Below, one piece after another: positions 30,963 to 32,000 of a stretch of DNA of 32,000 nucleotides (its first letter is position 1; every line of letters begins with the position of its first letter). Made by a program: the position numbers and the translations under genes. The stretch is from Sulfolobus acidocaldarius DSM 639 (GTDB lineage: Archaea; Thermoproteota; Thermoprotei_A; Sulfolobales; Sulfolobaceae), in assembly GCF_000012285.1 (NCBI RefSeq), contig NC_007181.1, positions 780,001-812,000 on the forward strand. The letters run 5' to 3'. The notes below the pieces were generated by a model. That model searched no databases and was not told the DNA's origin. It was given only the letters and a program-made list of their open reading frames with translations.

Positions 30963-31593
30963 AAACATTCGTGAGTTAATTCCCAGAATTAAGGAGGTAG
31001 ACAAGGACATAAATATAATAATAGTTGACGATAATAGTCCTGATAACACTTCCGGAATAGCAAAGCAGTTAGGGGCAATAGTTTTCGTCAGAAAGGATGA
31101 GAGAGGTATAGGGAGTGCCCTGAAATTTGGTTTAGAGCAAGGGGTTAAGATGGGTTTTAAGAGACTAATAACAATGGATGCAGATTTGAGTCATGACCCT
31201 AAGTATATACCGGCTCTAATATCTAAAGATGCTGACCTGGTAATAGGTTCCCGATATGTAAAGGGAGGGGCTATTGAGAACTGGCCTCTACAAAGGAGAC
31301 TAATCAGTTCAGGGGCAAATTCGATAGCGAGACTTCTGCTTAGATTTAATGTGAGAGACGCAACATCTGGGTATAGAGCTTACACTCCTAGAGCCGTTGA
31401 GGCAATATCTCCTTGCAAGAGCGCAGACGGCTATGAGTTTCAAATATGTTCTGTTTATCATATATTTAAATCAAGGTTACAAATTGCTGAGGTTCCAATA
31501 AGTTTTCATGATAGGGAGAGGGGGAAAAGTAAATTGGATTCTCAAAAAATTTTCAAGTGGTTTACTTATGTCCTTAAACTTTCACTTTCTTAG
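30925..31593 (+). CDS. GT2 glycosyltransferase, dolichol/polyprenol-phosphate mannose synthase-like
   Basis: VVIPTYNEAENI, IIIVDDNSPDNT, MDADLSHDP (DxD) and GSRY, typical of the Dpm1 family. 222 aa. Overlaps the PUA gene by 38 nt. Confidence 0.8.
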   Translation: MLGVVIPTYNEAENIRELIPRIKEVDKDINIIIVDDNSPDNTSGIAKQLGAIVFVRKDERGIGSALKFGLEQGVKMGFKRLITMDADLSHDPKYIPALISKDADLVIGSRYVKGGAIENWPLQRRLISSGANSIARLLLRFNVRDATSGYRAYTPRAVEAISPCKSADGYEFQICSVYHIFKSRLQIAEVPISFHDRERGKSKLDSQKIFKWFTYVLKLSLS

Positions 31594-31897
31594 TCCCTCT
31601 AAATCTACTCAGTTCTTCTTTAAGGAATTCCACCTCTTTCTTTAGAGCTTCAATTTCAGCTGTGTGGGTCTCAACGGTCTTCTTAAGATCAGTAATGTTC
31701 TCTGGGTTTTCTCTCTTCAATATCATGTTCTCGTTTTCATCCATTTCAATATATCCCAACCGGTAAAGTTCCCTTGCGTACCCTTTTGCAGTCTTTGGTG
31801 AAATTTTCAGTTGTAGTGCTAAATCCCTTATGTTGACGCTACCTCCCTTTTCTTTGAGTATTGAAATTATGTCCTGCAATCTTGGGGTAAGTTCCAT
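31574..31897 (-). CDS. Small winged-helix DNA-binding protein with a C-terminal coiled coil
   Basis: HTH-like IRDLALQLKISPKTAKGYARELYRLGYI, followed by a heptad-like KKTVETHTAEIEALKKEVEFLKEEL. 107 aa. Confidence 0.5.
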   Translation of the reverse strand: MELTPRLQDIISILKEKGGSVNIRDLALQLKISPKTAKGYARELYRLGYIEMDENENMILKRENPENITDLKKTVETHTAEIEALKKEVEFLKEELSRFRGTKKVKV

Positions 31898-32000
31898 ATG
31901 TACTGTCTTTTTAGAAAATTTGCTTTTAAGCCATAAGGCATAATTTATAGGGGAGAAGTTGGCTATATTATTGCGAGAAGTTGACGTAGAGAAGCTAGTG

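Overview
This is an AT-rich crenarchaeal chromosome segment. It is almost certainly Sulfolobales, most likely Sulfolobus acidocaldarius or a very close relative. The basis is a type-E sdhABCD operon with an HdrB-like CCG subunit, a 452-aa geranylgeranyl reductase that matches my recollection of the crystallised S. acidocaldarius enzyme (not verifiable here), an MTAP-II with a C-terminal Cys cluster, and TATA-like boxes about 26 nt upstream of several ATGs. The window is densely coding, about 35 genes. In order: a MoxR AAA+/VWA pair; sdhDCBA; a HAD phosphatase; a large multi-pass membrane protein; geranylgeranyl reductase and a shorter paralogue followed by Lrp/AsnC; a minus-strand gene string of MTAP, an unknown gene, polyprenyl synthase and an ATP-grasp ligase; a purine phosphoribosyltransferase; aRF1; tRNA-Leu(GAG) overlapped by an SSV-type integrase N-terminal fragment; a gene-poor 0.85-kb stretch; a 1155-aa secreted, membrane-anchored protein rich in glycosylation sequons; an MFS-like transporter; a PadR plus ABC-2 exporter module; an orphan molybdopterin oxidoreductase large subunit; a PUA protein; a Dpm1-like GT2; and a wHTH protein. 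No CRISPR array, rRNA or intact IS element was seen. The main finding concerns the essential release-factor gene aRF1. It has no ATG/GTG/TTG in frame with its conserved N-terminal helix. The only nearby ATG is followed by AGU CUU UGA C, the exact heptanucleotide of the bacterial RF2 (prfB) programmed +1 frameshift site, and a +1 slip there restores a full-length 368-aa aRF1. The gene for tRNA-Leu(GAG), which decodes CUU, lies about 100 bp upstream. Two further genes (ATP-grasp ligase, ABC ATPase) also lack a canonical start codon upstream of indispensable N-terminal sequence.
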